Below, one piece after another: positions 28,125-38,000 of a DNA stretch of 38,762 bases. The position numbers and the translations under genes were made by a program. The stretch is from Polyangiaceae bacterium (GTDB lineage: Bacteria > Myxococcota_A > Polyangia > Polyangiales > Polyangiaceae), in NCBI GenBank assembly GCA_044376115.1, contig JBILLK010000048.1:1-38762 (forward strand), written 5' to 3'. Numbering within the stretch: the first letter of the stretch is position 1; every line of letters begins with the position of its first letter. Under the pieces are notes generated by a model. The model saw nothing but the letters and a program-made list of their open reading frames with translations, was not told the DNA's origin and did not search any database.

Positions 28125-28664
28125 TCAGTCGGCGAACGCCGCGCGTGCTGTGCCTAGGGGCAGGAACATCCGTCGCGGCCAACCATCGATGGTCAACGTT
28201 GTGAAATCGTAGTTGGCGTAGAAGCGCGCCGCATCCTCGTCCTTTGCGTCGACGATCGTCCCGGTACATCCGACAATGTTCGCGGCATCCACCACGCGAC
28301 GCAGCGCGTCCAGGAGCAGCTTCTCTCCTAGGCGTCGCCCTTGCGCTCGCTGGTCGACCGCGAGCCGACCGATAAGCGCTACCGGCATCGGAAACTTCGG
28401 CAGCTTCTTTTTGAGCAGCTTCGACACCGCAACTGCCTCCGCCAGCGCCATGCTCAGCGTGTAGAAGCCGAGAACCACCGGCAGCGTGGGGTCGTCGCCA
28501 TCGCCCCGACGAAGCACGTAGGCGCGCCCGATACCAGCCGCGTCGTTCGACACCGCGTGCCTCGCGAAGTAGTCGTCGAGTGCGTGCTTGCCGCACGAGA
28601 ACCCAGCCCTCGCATCGGCTGGCACAATCGGCTCGGTAAGGTATCGGGAGCTCGCTTCGCTCAT
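28125..28664 (-). CDS. GNAT acetyltransferase toxin (TacT/AtaT-like)
   Basis: FSCGKHALDDYF, GFYTL, PVALIGRLAVD..QGRRLG, VDAKDEDAARFY; ATGA overlap with the antitoxin. Confidence 0.9.
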   Translation of the reverse strand: MSEASSRYLTEPIVPADARAGFSCGKHALDDYFARHAVSNDAAGIGRAYVLRRGDGDDPTLPVVLGFYTLSMALAEAVAVSKLLKKKLPKFPMPVALIGRLAVDQRAQGRRLGEKLLLDALRRVVDAANIVGCTGTIVDAKDEDAARFYANYDFTTLTIDGWPRRMFLPLGTARAAFAD

Positions 28665-29005
28665 GGACCGCGGCGTTTGGCCGCGGCCCGCAAGCGCGGG
28701 CTCGGAGCCGGGGCAGCCTCAGCCAGCGCCTGCATCTTCGCGAGCGCCGCGGCGGGCAACTTCAGCTTCTCGGGCTTGAGCGCCCACTCGAGCGCGGAGA
28801 GTGTTGGCGTGGCGAGCTCGCAAGCAGGCGCGGACGAGCTTGGATCCATGGTGACGAGCCGCCGACCGCGACGCACCTCGAGAACGGCCTTTAGAAAGAG
28901 CGCAAGCGCCTCGTCGATGATCTGGCTCCGGCTCAGCCCGAGTTCGTCGGCCAGCTGAACCACCGCGCTACCTCGGTTGTCGGGGACAGTTGCTTCGAGC
29001 CGCAT
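28661..29005 (-). CDS. RHH/DUF1778-like antitoxin
   Basis: RHH-like N-terminus (LADELGLSRSQIIDEAL), DUF1778-like tail (LKLPAAA..APAPSPRLRAA); GGAGG RBS before ATG 29005. Confidence 0.75.
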   Translation of the reverse strand: MRLEATVPDNRGSAVVQLADELGLSRSQIIDEALALFLKAVLEVRRGRRLVTMDPSSSAPACELATPTLSALEWALKPEKLKLPAAALAKMQALAEAAPAPSPRLRAAAKRRGP

Positions 29006-29015
29006 GGAACCTCCT

Positions 29016-29046
29016 TCCCTCAATACTGAGGGATAATTGAGGGATA
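29016..29046. promoter_or_regulatory. Putative toxin-antitoxin operator
   Basis: Inverted repeat TCCCTCA-ATAC-TGAGGGA (29016-29033) plus direct repeat TGAGGGATA x2, just upstream of the antitoxin. Confidence 0.55.
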
Positions 29047-29077
29047 CAGCGCCGGGGCTGTTTTGGCAAGCCCCCCC

Positions 29078-30469
29078 TCACCCCACCTTCCTCGCCCTGC
29101 GAATCTCCGCCCTCGTCATCGGCCCGCGCATGAGCGACATGGCCCAGCGGGGTTGCAAGAGCACGCCCTCACGCGCGGCGTGGACGTTGCGCACGAAGAA
29201 CCAGCGCGGGGCGAGGCGTTTGAGCAAGGTGCGCAGCTCGGGCTGGGCCATCCCGGCGTTGGCCTCGTTCGCCAGGCCCTCGATCACGCGCTCGCGATCG
29301 GCGTCGGTTTGCAGCCGGCCCAAGCACCAGAGCCCGGCGTTCGAGAGCGCGCGATAGTCCAGGTCCATCGGGTTTTGCGTGGCCACCAGCACGCCGACGC
29401 CAAAGGCGCGGGCCTGCTTCATCAGCGCGACGAGCGGGCGCTTGGTGGGCGGGTTTTGCGGATGAGGCGGTAGAAAGCCGAACACCTCGTCAAACACGAT
29501 CAGCGCGCGCAGCTCCCGGCTGCCGGGCAAACCGCGCACCCACGAGAGCACCTCCTCGAGCACGAGCCCGAGCACCAGCTCGCGCTCATCATCATCGAGA
29601 TGGGCGACCGACAACACGGTGGCGGGCGTGCGCCCATTCACCGGCCGCATCCACGCAGCCACATCCAAGCTCGAGCCTTCACGCCAGCTGCGAAACATCG
29701 GCGCGGCGAGCAGGTTGTTGAGCGAGGCCGCGAGCTCTTTGCGCGCGCGCTTGGACAGAAACTCATCCACCGTGAGCGCGCCGATCGTCGTGATCGGCGG
29801 GGCGGCGACGTCCGCCAAGAGCGACGGGATATCCGCTGGCTGCCCGGCCGCGAGCCGCCGCTCCGCGAGCACCGACAACAGCACGTGCTCCTTGCTGCGC
29901 GCCGGATCCGCGTCCCGACCGAGCAGCCGCAACACCAGCGAGACCGCCGCCGAGAGCGTGGCGCGCGCGGCCTCCGGATCCTCCGCCCAGCGCGCGGTTG
30001 GCCGCTCCAACGACGAGAGCAGGTGCAAGAGCTCACCCGCGTCACTCCCGGGCGTGACCACACGCACGAACGAACGTTGCGCATAGCCCAGTAGCGCCGC
30101 CTCATCGATCCCGTGGGAGCGCAGGCCGTGTTCACGCTCTTGTGCCACCTTCTCCGCGAGCGACGAGGACTCTCCGTTGCCCGACGGCTCGAGCCAAGGA
30201 GCCACCGCCTCCGGCGAGAAGCTCGGCAGCGAGAGCAGGAGGTTGGGCAGATCCCCCTTCACGTCGATGCACAACACCGGAACGCCGGCGCGCAGGGCCT
30301 CTTCCACCATCACCAGCACCAAGCCGGTTTTGCCGCTTCCAGTCATCCCGAGCACGACCCCGTGGGTCACCAAATCACGTGCGGGCAGCAGCAGCCGACT
30401 CTCCTCCCCGGGCTTTGGTTTCTGACCATTGAGCGCGCGGGTGGTGCCCAGATGCAGCTTGGCGCTCAC
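29078..30469 (-). CDS. HerA/FtsK-superfamily P-loop ATPase (DUF87/DUF853-like)
   Basis: THGVVLGMTGSGKT Walker A, IDVKGD, LIVFDE Walker B, KQARAFG, ATQNPMDLDY, GRLQT. Confidence 0.9.
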   Translation of the reverse strand: MSAKLHLGTTRALNGQKPKPGEESRLLLPARDLVTHGVVLGMTGSGKTGLVLVMVEEALRAGVPVLCIDVKGDLPNLLLSLPSFSPEAVAPWLEPSGNGESSSLAEKVAQEREHGLRSHGIDEAALLGYAQRSFVRVVTPGSDAGELLHLLSSLERPTARWAEDPEAARATLSAAVSLVLRLLGRDADPARSKEHVLLSVLAERRLAAGQPADIPSLLADVAAPPITTIGALTVDEFLSKRARKELAASLNNLLAAPMFRSWREGSSLDVAAWMRPVNGRTPATVLSVAHLDDDERELVLGLVLEEVLSWVRGLPGSRELRALIVFDEVFGFLPPHPQNPPTKRPLVALMKQARAFGVGVLVATQNPMDLDYRALSNAGLWCLGRLQTDADRERVIEGLANEANAGMAQPELRTLLKRLAPRWFFVRNVHAAREGVLLQPRWAMSLMRGPMTRAEIRRARKVG

Positions 30470-30521
30470 GAGCCAAACTCCAGCCGAGCTACCCGACTAC
30501 ATAGATATTGAGCGAGCGGCC

Positions 30522-31382
30522 TCATTGGTCATTAAAAGGACCAGCGTCTGGAGTCCCCGCCACGACCGGCTGCGCGGCTCCGCCTGCTTTGCCGAGCGAG
30601 CCCGGCTCAGCAGCAGCAGAGGCCTCCTCCTCAGCCGGCTCTCCCTCCGCGTCCTTGGTGCCTCGACTGCGGCCCATCAGAAAGGCCGGGGCAAGATCAT
30701 TCAAATCGCCCTTCCCCCACAGGATGAAGCTCAAACAACGGCGCAGTTGATCATAATGCGTCAACAATAGGTGATAGGCGCGAGCACGCTCTTGATGGGC
30801 GCGGCTCTTGGCCTTCTCCCGATCATCCCGCAGGCCGACGGTGGCGACCAAACGCTCCGCCAACTTCTGCGCCGGATCCAGCTCATCCAACTCGAGCGCG
30901 GTGCGCCCCTGAATCTTGGGCCACTCATCCCGGAACACCGTGCACAGCAGCATGATGTCAAAGCCGAGATCCCGATAGCCGCGCGTACCGCTGAGTTTGC
31001 TGATGCGCTCCGCCGCGATCAGCTTGCGTTGCACCAGCGCCTTGGCGTCCGCGATCAACGTCTCCCGAATGCTGTAGAGCTGATCCGCCATTCCTGCGGC
31101 CTCCGGCGTTGGCACCTCCGCAGCGAGATGCAGCACGTGCGCATGCGCTGCCGCTTGGGCATAGCGCGTTACCCGCGCCAACAAGTCTGCCGGGACGGGC
31201 AACTGCGCGATCTCCGCGGAGTACCGAGCGCAGCGCGCTGCCGCCGCGTGCGCGCGCGAACTGGCGGCCGGGATATCCACATTGAGTGGCCCCAGCTCCT
31301 CCAGCTCCAGTGCATCCCGATCTGCCTGGGTCCCGTTGTACGCCTCAATGTTCTCAATCCCACTGGGTGCTTCTGAAGCCAT
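30522..31382 (-). CDS. Hypothetical, predicted alpha-helical protein
   Basis: ATG with GGAGG RBS; helical composition; RARAYHLLLTHYDQLRRCLSF..W..LAP block; low-complexity tail. Confidence 0.75.
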   Translation of the reverse strand: MASEAPSGIENIEAYNGTQADRDALELEELGPLNVDIPAASSRAHAAAARCARYSAEIAQLPVPADLLARVTRYAQAAAHAHVLHLAAEVPTPEAAGMADQLYSIRETLIADAKALVQRKLIAAERISKLSGTRGYRDLGFDIMLLCTVFRDEWPKIQGRTALELDELDPAQKLAERLVATVGLRDDREKAKSRAHQERARAYHLLLTHYDQLRRCLSFILWGKGDLNDLAPAFLMGRSRGTKDAEGEPAEEEASAAAEPGSLGKAGGAAQPVVAGTPDAGPFNDQ

Positions 31383-31501
31383 GACGATCCCTCCTGTGCG
31401 GCCACTCCCCTCGACTGGCGCTCACACACGTAAAATCACCGCCAGCCCAGAAATGTGGACAGCCCTCCGGTCGATTTCACGAAAGCCTACAAAACAAGAG
31501 A

Positions 31502-31853
31502 CTCTGAGCATTCCGAATGCTCAAACCCATGGTCGAGGGTGCCTCTGAGCATTCCGAATGCTCAAACCCATGGTCGAGGGTGCCTCTGAGCATTCCGAAT
31601 GCTCAAACCTATGGTCGAGGGTGCCTCTGAGCATTCCGAATGCTCAAACCCATGGTCGAGGGTGCCTCTGAGCATTCCGAATGCTCAAACCTATTGCCAG
31701 CAATCTCCCGTGAGCATTTCGAATGCTCAAACCTATTGCCAGCAATCCTCCGTGAGCATTCCGAATGCTCAAACCTATTGCCAGCAATCCTCCGCGAGCA
31801 TTCCGAATGCTCAAACCTATTGCCAGCAATCTCCGCGAGCATTCCGAATGCTC
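31502..31853. repeat. Tandem array of nine 17-bp palindromes GAGCATTC-C-GAATGCTC at a 41-42 bp period
   Basis: Cores at 31506, 31547, 31588, 31629, 31670, 31712, 31754, 31796 and 31837; two linker types, four copies each. Confidence 0.95.
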
Positions 31854-32057
31854 GAAGCCTCTTGTTTGAAAGGATTTTGCCTCAGCGCACCGGCGCGCCC
31901 CCGCGCGCACGAGCGCTCGCACCGGCGCGAGCGCCATGAGTGTGAGGACCACCTGGCCGGCACTCGCGGATCTGAAAGCGCACCTCAGCTGCGGAAAATG
32001 CGGAGAATCGATCTTGAAAGTCCGGGCCGAACGGCAGGACGACTCACGGTCGTACCA

Positions 32058-33047
32058 TCAGAGCCACACGCCGACGGTGATGACGAGCTGCGACCGGTGG
32101 TGGCACACGCTGACTCGATGGCCGTCGACCTGGAGGTCGCTGCATTCTTCGCTGAGGTCGGGCACGGGCAGCACCTCGCGGAGCGCCTGCATGTTCCGCT
32201 GGCGAGCGCTGGGGTCGTACGTGTGGGGCAACGCAGTGCGGTAGGCGCTGACCCGCTCGCCCTCGTCGAACTGCACCTCGAGCGGCATCCAGAGATCGGC
32301 TGGAAGCGGCCACAGGAAGAAACTCGTGAACGCGCGCGAGGGACGACCAGCGCCCAAGCGCAGCTCCGAACGCGGGGCACCGATCCATGGGCGCCCGTTC
32401 GGAAACAGCGTCTGCACGACCTCACGCGCCGATTGCATGGGCCTCCACTCGAGGAAGCAGTGCAGCTCACCGATCGGCTGCCCATTGAGGTAGCTCTCGT
32501 GTTCGCAGCCCGTGAATGCGGCTTGAGTGCGTGTCTCCTCGTCGGTCCAGACTTGCCAGCGCGCAGCGATGTCGGGCGGTCCCCACGACGCCGTCGCCGA
32601 GCGGAGGGCCTCCTCGCTCGCGAAGCGCGCCCAGACCCCGCTCAGGCCGTCGGCACGCTCGAAGCGAAGCTCCCACTGCGGGCCGTCCACGACGGGCCAA
32701 GTACCCCGGCGTGACGCCGACTTGTCCCGATGGTCCCCCATCGGGGCCTCAAGCTCTTGCGCAAACTCGGGCCGCCGCCGCGACAAGTCGTCGAACTCGT
32801 CGGCAGCGAGGCTAACCCTCATCGCATCGCGCAGCTTCGGCTTGGCGTCCCACGCCCTCTCGAAGCTCATGCCGAACTCCAGCCCCGACAGCGTCGCGGC
32901 ATCGGGCGTTAGTCGCCAGCTCGTAAGCGGGGCATTGCGGCTGGGCGAGCTCTGCACCGGCGCTCCCGATTCGGGCGCGCTTTGAGCGGGCACGGCTTGG
33001 CCGCAGCTGGTCGAAATCAGCGCGAAGACGCATGCGTACTGGCGCAT
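32058..33047 (-). CDS. Hypothetical lipoprotein
   Basis: MRQYACVFALISTSC signal/lipobox-like start at ATG 33047; LSGLEFGMS motif. Confidence 0.6.
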   Translation of the reverse strand: MRQYACVFALISTSCGQAVPAQSAPESGAPVQSSPSRNAPLTSWRLTPDAATLSGLEFGMSFERAWDAKPKLRDAMRVSLAADEFDDLSRRRPEFAQELEAPMGDHRDKSASRRGTWPVVDGPQWELRFERADGLSGVWARFASEEALRSATASWGPPDIAARWQVWTDEETRTQAAFTGCEHESYLNGQPIGELHCFLEWRPMQSAREVVQTLFPNGRPWIGAPRSELRLGAGRPSRAFTSFFLWPLPADLWMPLEVQFDEGERVSAYRTALPHTYDPSARQRNMQALREVLPVPDLSEECSDLQVDGHRVSVCHHRSQLVITVGVWL

Positions 33048-33144
33048 CGAGCGCTCATAGCAGCACTCGCGCGGAACGACGACCCATCCGGCCCCACCAG
33101 GACGATTGTTGAGCGCTGCGCTGCGGCCAAAGCGATGTTGGTAG

Positions 33145-33708
33145 GTGCAACAAGAAGCCAGGCCCAAGCCCGAGCTAAGCGCGGAGACGCGCGCGTTGGT
33201 GCAGGCCACCACCAAGGTCGTCGCGCAATTGATAGCGGGCTATCGACTAGCGCCACACCTGCGCGACGAGCTGCTCTCCGCCGGCTACGAGGCGCTCACC
33301 ATCGCCGCCTCGCGCTACAACCCCGCCCAAGGCCCCTTTGAGCCGTTCGCGCGCCTCCAGGTGCGAACCGCCGTCTTCCGCGCCGTCCGCAAAGAGTCGC
33401 GCGCCGTGCGCTTGTTACCCGCCGAAGAAACCGAGCTCGACACCGCCCCCGACCTCGAACCCGCGCACCTCAGCTCCGCCAGCCTCCAAGCCGCCAACGG
33501 CGCCCTCCTCCGCCAAAGCGAACTCCAGCGCGAACTTAGCGCCGCCCTTCAAACCCTCCCCGAAGAAGAACGAACAACCTTCCTCGCCTACGCCGTCCAA
33601 GGCCACACTCAAGAAGAGATCGCCCAGAGAGACGGCGTGAGCAAACGCACCGTGCAGAGAAGAATCGAGAGGGCCGTGCAGGTGGTGAGGGAGAGGCTGG
33701 AGGAGTAG
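33145..33708 (+). CDS. Sigma-70 family factor (regions 2 and 4)
   Basis: DELLSAGYEALTIAASRYNPAQGPFEPFA (FliA/SigF-like region 2), TQEEIAQRDGVSKRTVQRR (region 4 HTH). Confidence 0.8.
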   Translation: MQQEARPKPELSAETRALVQATTKVVAQLIAGYRLAPHLRDELLSAGYEALTIAASRYNPAQGPFEPFARLQVRTAVFRAVRKESRAVRLLPAEETELDTAPDLEPAHLSSASLQAANGALLRQSELQRELSAALQTLPEEERTTFLAYAVQGHTQEEIAQRDGVSKRTVQRRIERAVQVVRERLEE

Positions 33709-33924
33709 GAGTCGGCGGGGTTCGAACTTGGGCGGCCCTTCGCCGGCCCAAGCGTCAAATGCCCAGCAAATGACCAAGTAAGCGCAACTGCTTACGTTTC
33801 TCGCGCAACACGCGCCACCGGACACTTCCTTGTCAAATGCCCCCTCACGGCCGACCTCCGCCCGTCGGCGCTCGCTCGGTCTCGCGCGGCAGTTTGCACA
33901 GCTCGCGCACGAGGCCCGTGGCTG

Positions 33925-34285
33925 CCGGTCTCTTGGCCGACCCATGCAGCGTCCCGCTGGGTCAGCTCGTCGAGGACGGCGTGGTCTATCCAGCGCCAGA
34001 AGAGCGTGCGAGACGGAACATGGCATAGCACCAAGAGGACAGGCTCGGTGCTCTGGTTCCAATAGCGCACCTGCTGCGGTCGGACGCGGACTGGAGCCTT
34101 CGCTCCTGACGTGAGGGCGTCTTTGTCGCCGTCAGCTGAACCGCGAAACGTTTCCCGATGGCATCGAAGTTAGCAGTCTCGCGCTTACGCGTGACCTCTA
34201 CCATCGCGTCGATGCCGTAGTCGTGCTGCGGCCACGCGGTAACGAGCCACGGAGAGACGCCTTCCTTGAAGATCGCGCGATGGCG
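33925..34285 (-). pseudogene. Frameshifted and truncated DUF4365-like (restriction-endonuclease-fold) gene
   Basis: One frame gives WPQHDYGIDAMVEV..GKRFAVQLTAT, another gives VRYWNQSTEPVLLVL..LFWRWID. Confidence 0.65.
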
Positions 34286-34319
34286 CCTCCCTTAGCCGGT
34301 ACGGAAGCTATGGCCACGG

Positions 34320-35054
34320 TCAGTCGCCCACCCTTGGTTCGCTACGCCACTTCTCTGCGCCGAGCGGCAAAGCGTTCAGCTCCGCACGCGCCTCGCGCCA
34401 CGTCGGATAGTGCTTGTCCAACAGGGCGTTGAACCGTTCGCTGTGGGTCGGTTCGAGCAGGTGCAGCATTTCGTGGACGACGACGTACTCCACGAGGTCC
34501 TTGGGCTTCTTCACCAGCTCCGTGTTGAGGCGAATGTTGCCTGCACGGTGGTTGCAGCCGCCCCACTTCGTCTTCATGCGCTGCAGGTAGTAGCCCCTCA
34601 CGTTGACTCGGAGTTTCGCCTCCCATTTCGCGATGAGCGGCGGCACAACCTCGTGAAGCAGAGCCTTGTGCCACTCGTGTATGACTTCTTCACGCTTCGA
34701 AGTGCCGCTACCGGGCCGCACGCGGAGCGTGACCCTGCGATGGCTGAGACGAACGGATGGCTTCTCGTCCGCCTCGACCACGGCCAGGAGGTAGCGCCGT
34801 CCCCAAACGTGATGACTCTCCCGTTCGACGAAGCGGCGCGGCGTCTCTCGCGCCTGAGCCTGCAGCCGTGCTCGCTGTTCCCTGATCCATCCCAGCTTCG
34901 AGATCGCGTAGGCCCGCGCGACCTCGACGCGCGTGGCCCTCGGCGCGACGAGACTCACCCGACCCACCGGCGGATGCACGGACAGGTGAACGTGCTTGAC
35001 GTCCTTCCGGGTCATCTCGATGGCGATCTCGCCGATGTGCAGGGTCTCAGCCAT
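34320..35054 (-). CDS. M48/YgjP-like (DUF45) metal-dependent hydrolase linked to type I R-M
   Basis: MKTKWGGC, IRLNTEL, YVVVHEMLHL (HExxH); directly after hsdR. Confidence 0.9.
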   Translation of the reverse strand: MAETLHIGEIAIEMTRKDVKHVHLSVHPPVGRVSLVAPRATRVEVARAYAISKLGWIREQRARLQAQARETPRRFVERESHHVWGRRYLLAVVEADEKPSVRLSHRRVTLRVRPGSGTSKREEVIHEWHKALLHEVVPPLIAKWEAKLRVNVRGYYLQRMKTKWGGCNHRAGNIRLNTELVKKPKDLVEYVVVHEMLHLLEPTHSERFNALLDKHYPTWREARAELNALPLGAEKWRSEPRVGD

Positions 35055-35061
35055 CGTGTCC

Positions 35062-38000
35062 TCAGTACCCCGGTTGGTTCTTGATGATCTCGAAGAGGGC
35101 CTGGGTCGCCTCCCGGTCTCGTTCGAGGAGCGGGAACAGCGCGTTCAGCACTTGCGCCTCGCGCGCCTGGTCACCTTTCCACCCAGCCGGGGCTCGCTCG
35201 CGAACCGTCGCATCGATCGTCAGCGCCAGCGCAGCCTTGTCGTCATCGCTCGTCGGGCACGCGAACGTCGACGCCTTGATGGAGCCGAGGTTGTTGAACA
35301 ACACCGACGCCTCGCGCTTGCCATGAAGAACGGCCGGGATGCCCGCCTCGGGCTGCTTGGCTGCCAGCCGCTTCACCAGCGCCTCGGCCTTCCTGAGGAA
35401 CTCCTCGTACGCCGCCGCGTCGGCGCGGCTTTGCTTGATGAGGTCATCGAGCAGCTTCGACATCTGCTCGTAGAACCGAGGATCCGTGAGCTGGTCGCGG
35501 ATGATGGTCTTGCGGACGTTGTTGATGATCCCTTCGGCGATCGCGTTCTTCGAGAGCTTGCCCTTCTCGTTCAGCTTCTTCGCGATCGCGTCGTGGATGC
35601 CGGTCTCGATGATGAGCTCGGTCAACGACATCTCGCCCAGCTCACCCAAGTCGGCTGCGGGGTCGGCCTGGACGTAGGTGTTGATGAGGTGGCGCATGTC
35701 CGCCTCGTAGGGCTTGATGTCGAGTTCCTCGCCGGAGTGCTTCTTGATGGCGGCACGGAGGTCGCCATAGAGTTCGACGTCCTTCTGCAACGCGACCGCC
35801 TCAACATCGGAGTAGCCAGCCTCTGGGAGGTCCTGCGCGATAGCCGCGAAGGCGCGCACGAAGACGGCCACCGCCTTGTAGAAGGCTATGCGCAAGGGCT
35901 CGGTCTCGTTGAGCGCGTTCGGCTTCGCGGCGTCGCCGCAGAAGTAGTGGAGGAACTGCTCCACCTCACGAGGGGGCGCCACCGGCTCACACAGGTAGCG
36001 CAGCGCCTCACGTGCTTCGTCGAGCTTCTTCTTCCCCTCTTCGAGCCAGTTCTTCAGGTGGACGTTGTTCTCGGCGTCGCCACCATCGTCGATGTCCAGC
36101 TCGTCGGAGCTGTAGACCGCGATGGCCTGCTGGACGTCGCCGAATAGCTCCTTGAAGTCGACGATGTGGCCGTAGTCTTTGTCGTCGCCATCGAGGCGGT
36201 TGGTGCGGCAGATGGCCTGAAACAGGTTGTGGTCGCGCAGCTCGTTGTCGAGGTAGATGTAGGTGCAGCTCGGCGCGTCGAAGCCCGTCAGCAGCTTGCT
36301 CACGACGATGAGCAGCTTCAGGTTCGCGGGCTCCTCGATGAAGCGGCGCTTGATCTCGTCTTCGTACTGCTTGGTCGTCTGCCCGGCTTTGAGCACGTGC
36401 TTCGTGTACGTGTCGAACTTGTAGCGCTCGTCGCTGTCCTTGGGCTCGCGGGAGATGGCGTTGTGGTTCGGCTCGTACGACGTGACGATGCCGCAGTACG
36501 GGCCGAAGCTCGTGTTCTGAAAGAGGCGGTAGTAGTGGCACGCATCGTAGATCGACGGCGCGACGAGGATTGCCGTGCCCCGGTCGTTGTTCAGGCGCGG
36601 CTTGAGGCTGAAGTCCTCAATGATGTTCGCGATGATGCGCTGCTTTCGCTCGCCCGCGCTCATCAGCTCTTCCATAGTCGCCCAGCGCTTGCGCAAGACG
36701 GCCTTCTGGAAGTTGTTGAGCCCCTTGGTCTTCTGCTCGAACCACTTGTCGATGGCCGCCTGCGACGTAAGCCGCTGCGGCACGTCGCGCGCCTCGTACT
36801 TCAAGTCGAGCACGACCTTGTCGGCGACGGCTTGATGGAACTTGTACGCGTGGATGTACGTGCCGAACACGTCGCGCGTCATCACCTTGTCTTTGCGAAG
36901 GAGCGGCGTGCCGGTGAACCCGATGAAGATGGCGCTCTCCAGCCAGCGCTTCATCTGCTTGTTCATATCGCCGCCCTGCGTGCGGTGACACTCATCGACG
37001 AAGACGTAGAAGCGCCCCTTCACCGGCGGCGGCTCGCCCTTGAGATCCGAGGCGTCGAATTTGTGGATGAGGGCGCACAAGAGGCGGGGCGTCGCGGCGC
37101 CCAGCTTCTCCACGAACTCGGCGCGCGAGGTGATGCGGGGCGAGGCCGACTCGGCTCCAATCACGCCTGCGTTCTTCATGACGCCCTCGATCTGTTTGTC
37201 GAGCTCGTCGCGGTCGGTGACGACGAGGATGCGCGCGTCGGGATCGTGTTCGAGCAGCCACTTGGCGATGAGCACCATCAAGATGCTCTTGCCGCTGCCC
37301 TGCGTGTGCCAGATGACGCCGCCTTCCTTCTTGGCGATGCGCTCCTGGGCCGCCTTCACGCCAAAGTACTGGTGCTGCCTCGGCACCTTCTTCTGGCCTG
37401 CGTCAAAGATGATGAAGTTCCGCAGGAGGTCGAGCAGCCGCGTCTTGTTGCAGAGCTGCGCGAGCGGCCGGTCGAGCAGCGCGCCTTCGTCGGGGTTGCT
37501 CGCCTGTGGCGCCTCGTCCTTCCACTCGACGAAGAACTGCTCGGGCGTGCCGATGGTGCCGTAACGCAAGCCCTGCGAATCGCTACCCGCGAGCACGAGC
37601 TGTACGGTGCTGAAGAAGGACTTGTTGAAGATCTCTTCCTGGTTGGTGATGAGCTGCCGCACGCCGTCGGCGATCTCTACCGAGCTGCGCTTCAGCTCGA
37701 TCACCGCGATGGCAAGGCCGTTGATGTAGAGCACGAGATCGGGCCGCCGCTCGTGCCCACCCTTCAGCGTGACCTCTTCGGCGAGGAAGAAGTCGTTGTT
37801 CTCCGGGTGCGCCCAGTCAATGAGATGCACGGTCTCGTGCGGGCGCGCCTCACTGACCTTCACCTGAACGCCGTACCGCAGGAGCTGATACGTGCGGAGG
37901 TTGGCGGCGTAGAGCGTGGTGCCCGTCGAGTCGATGGCCTTGTGCAGCTCCTCCAGGGCACGCGTGATGTGTGCGCCCGAGTAACCGCGCCGTTCGAGGT

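Noticed and set aside
31502..31853. CRISPR array
   Set aside because: The spacers are not unique (two types, four copies each), the period is only 41-42 bp, and no cas genes are present
31599..32714. 371-aa ORF with SIPNAQTYCQQS repeats
   Set aside because: Translation of the array plus antisense of the lipoprotein gene; the 41-bp units break frame, arguing against coding
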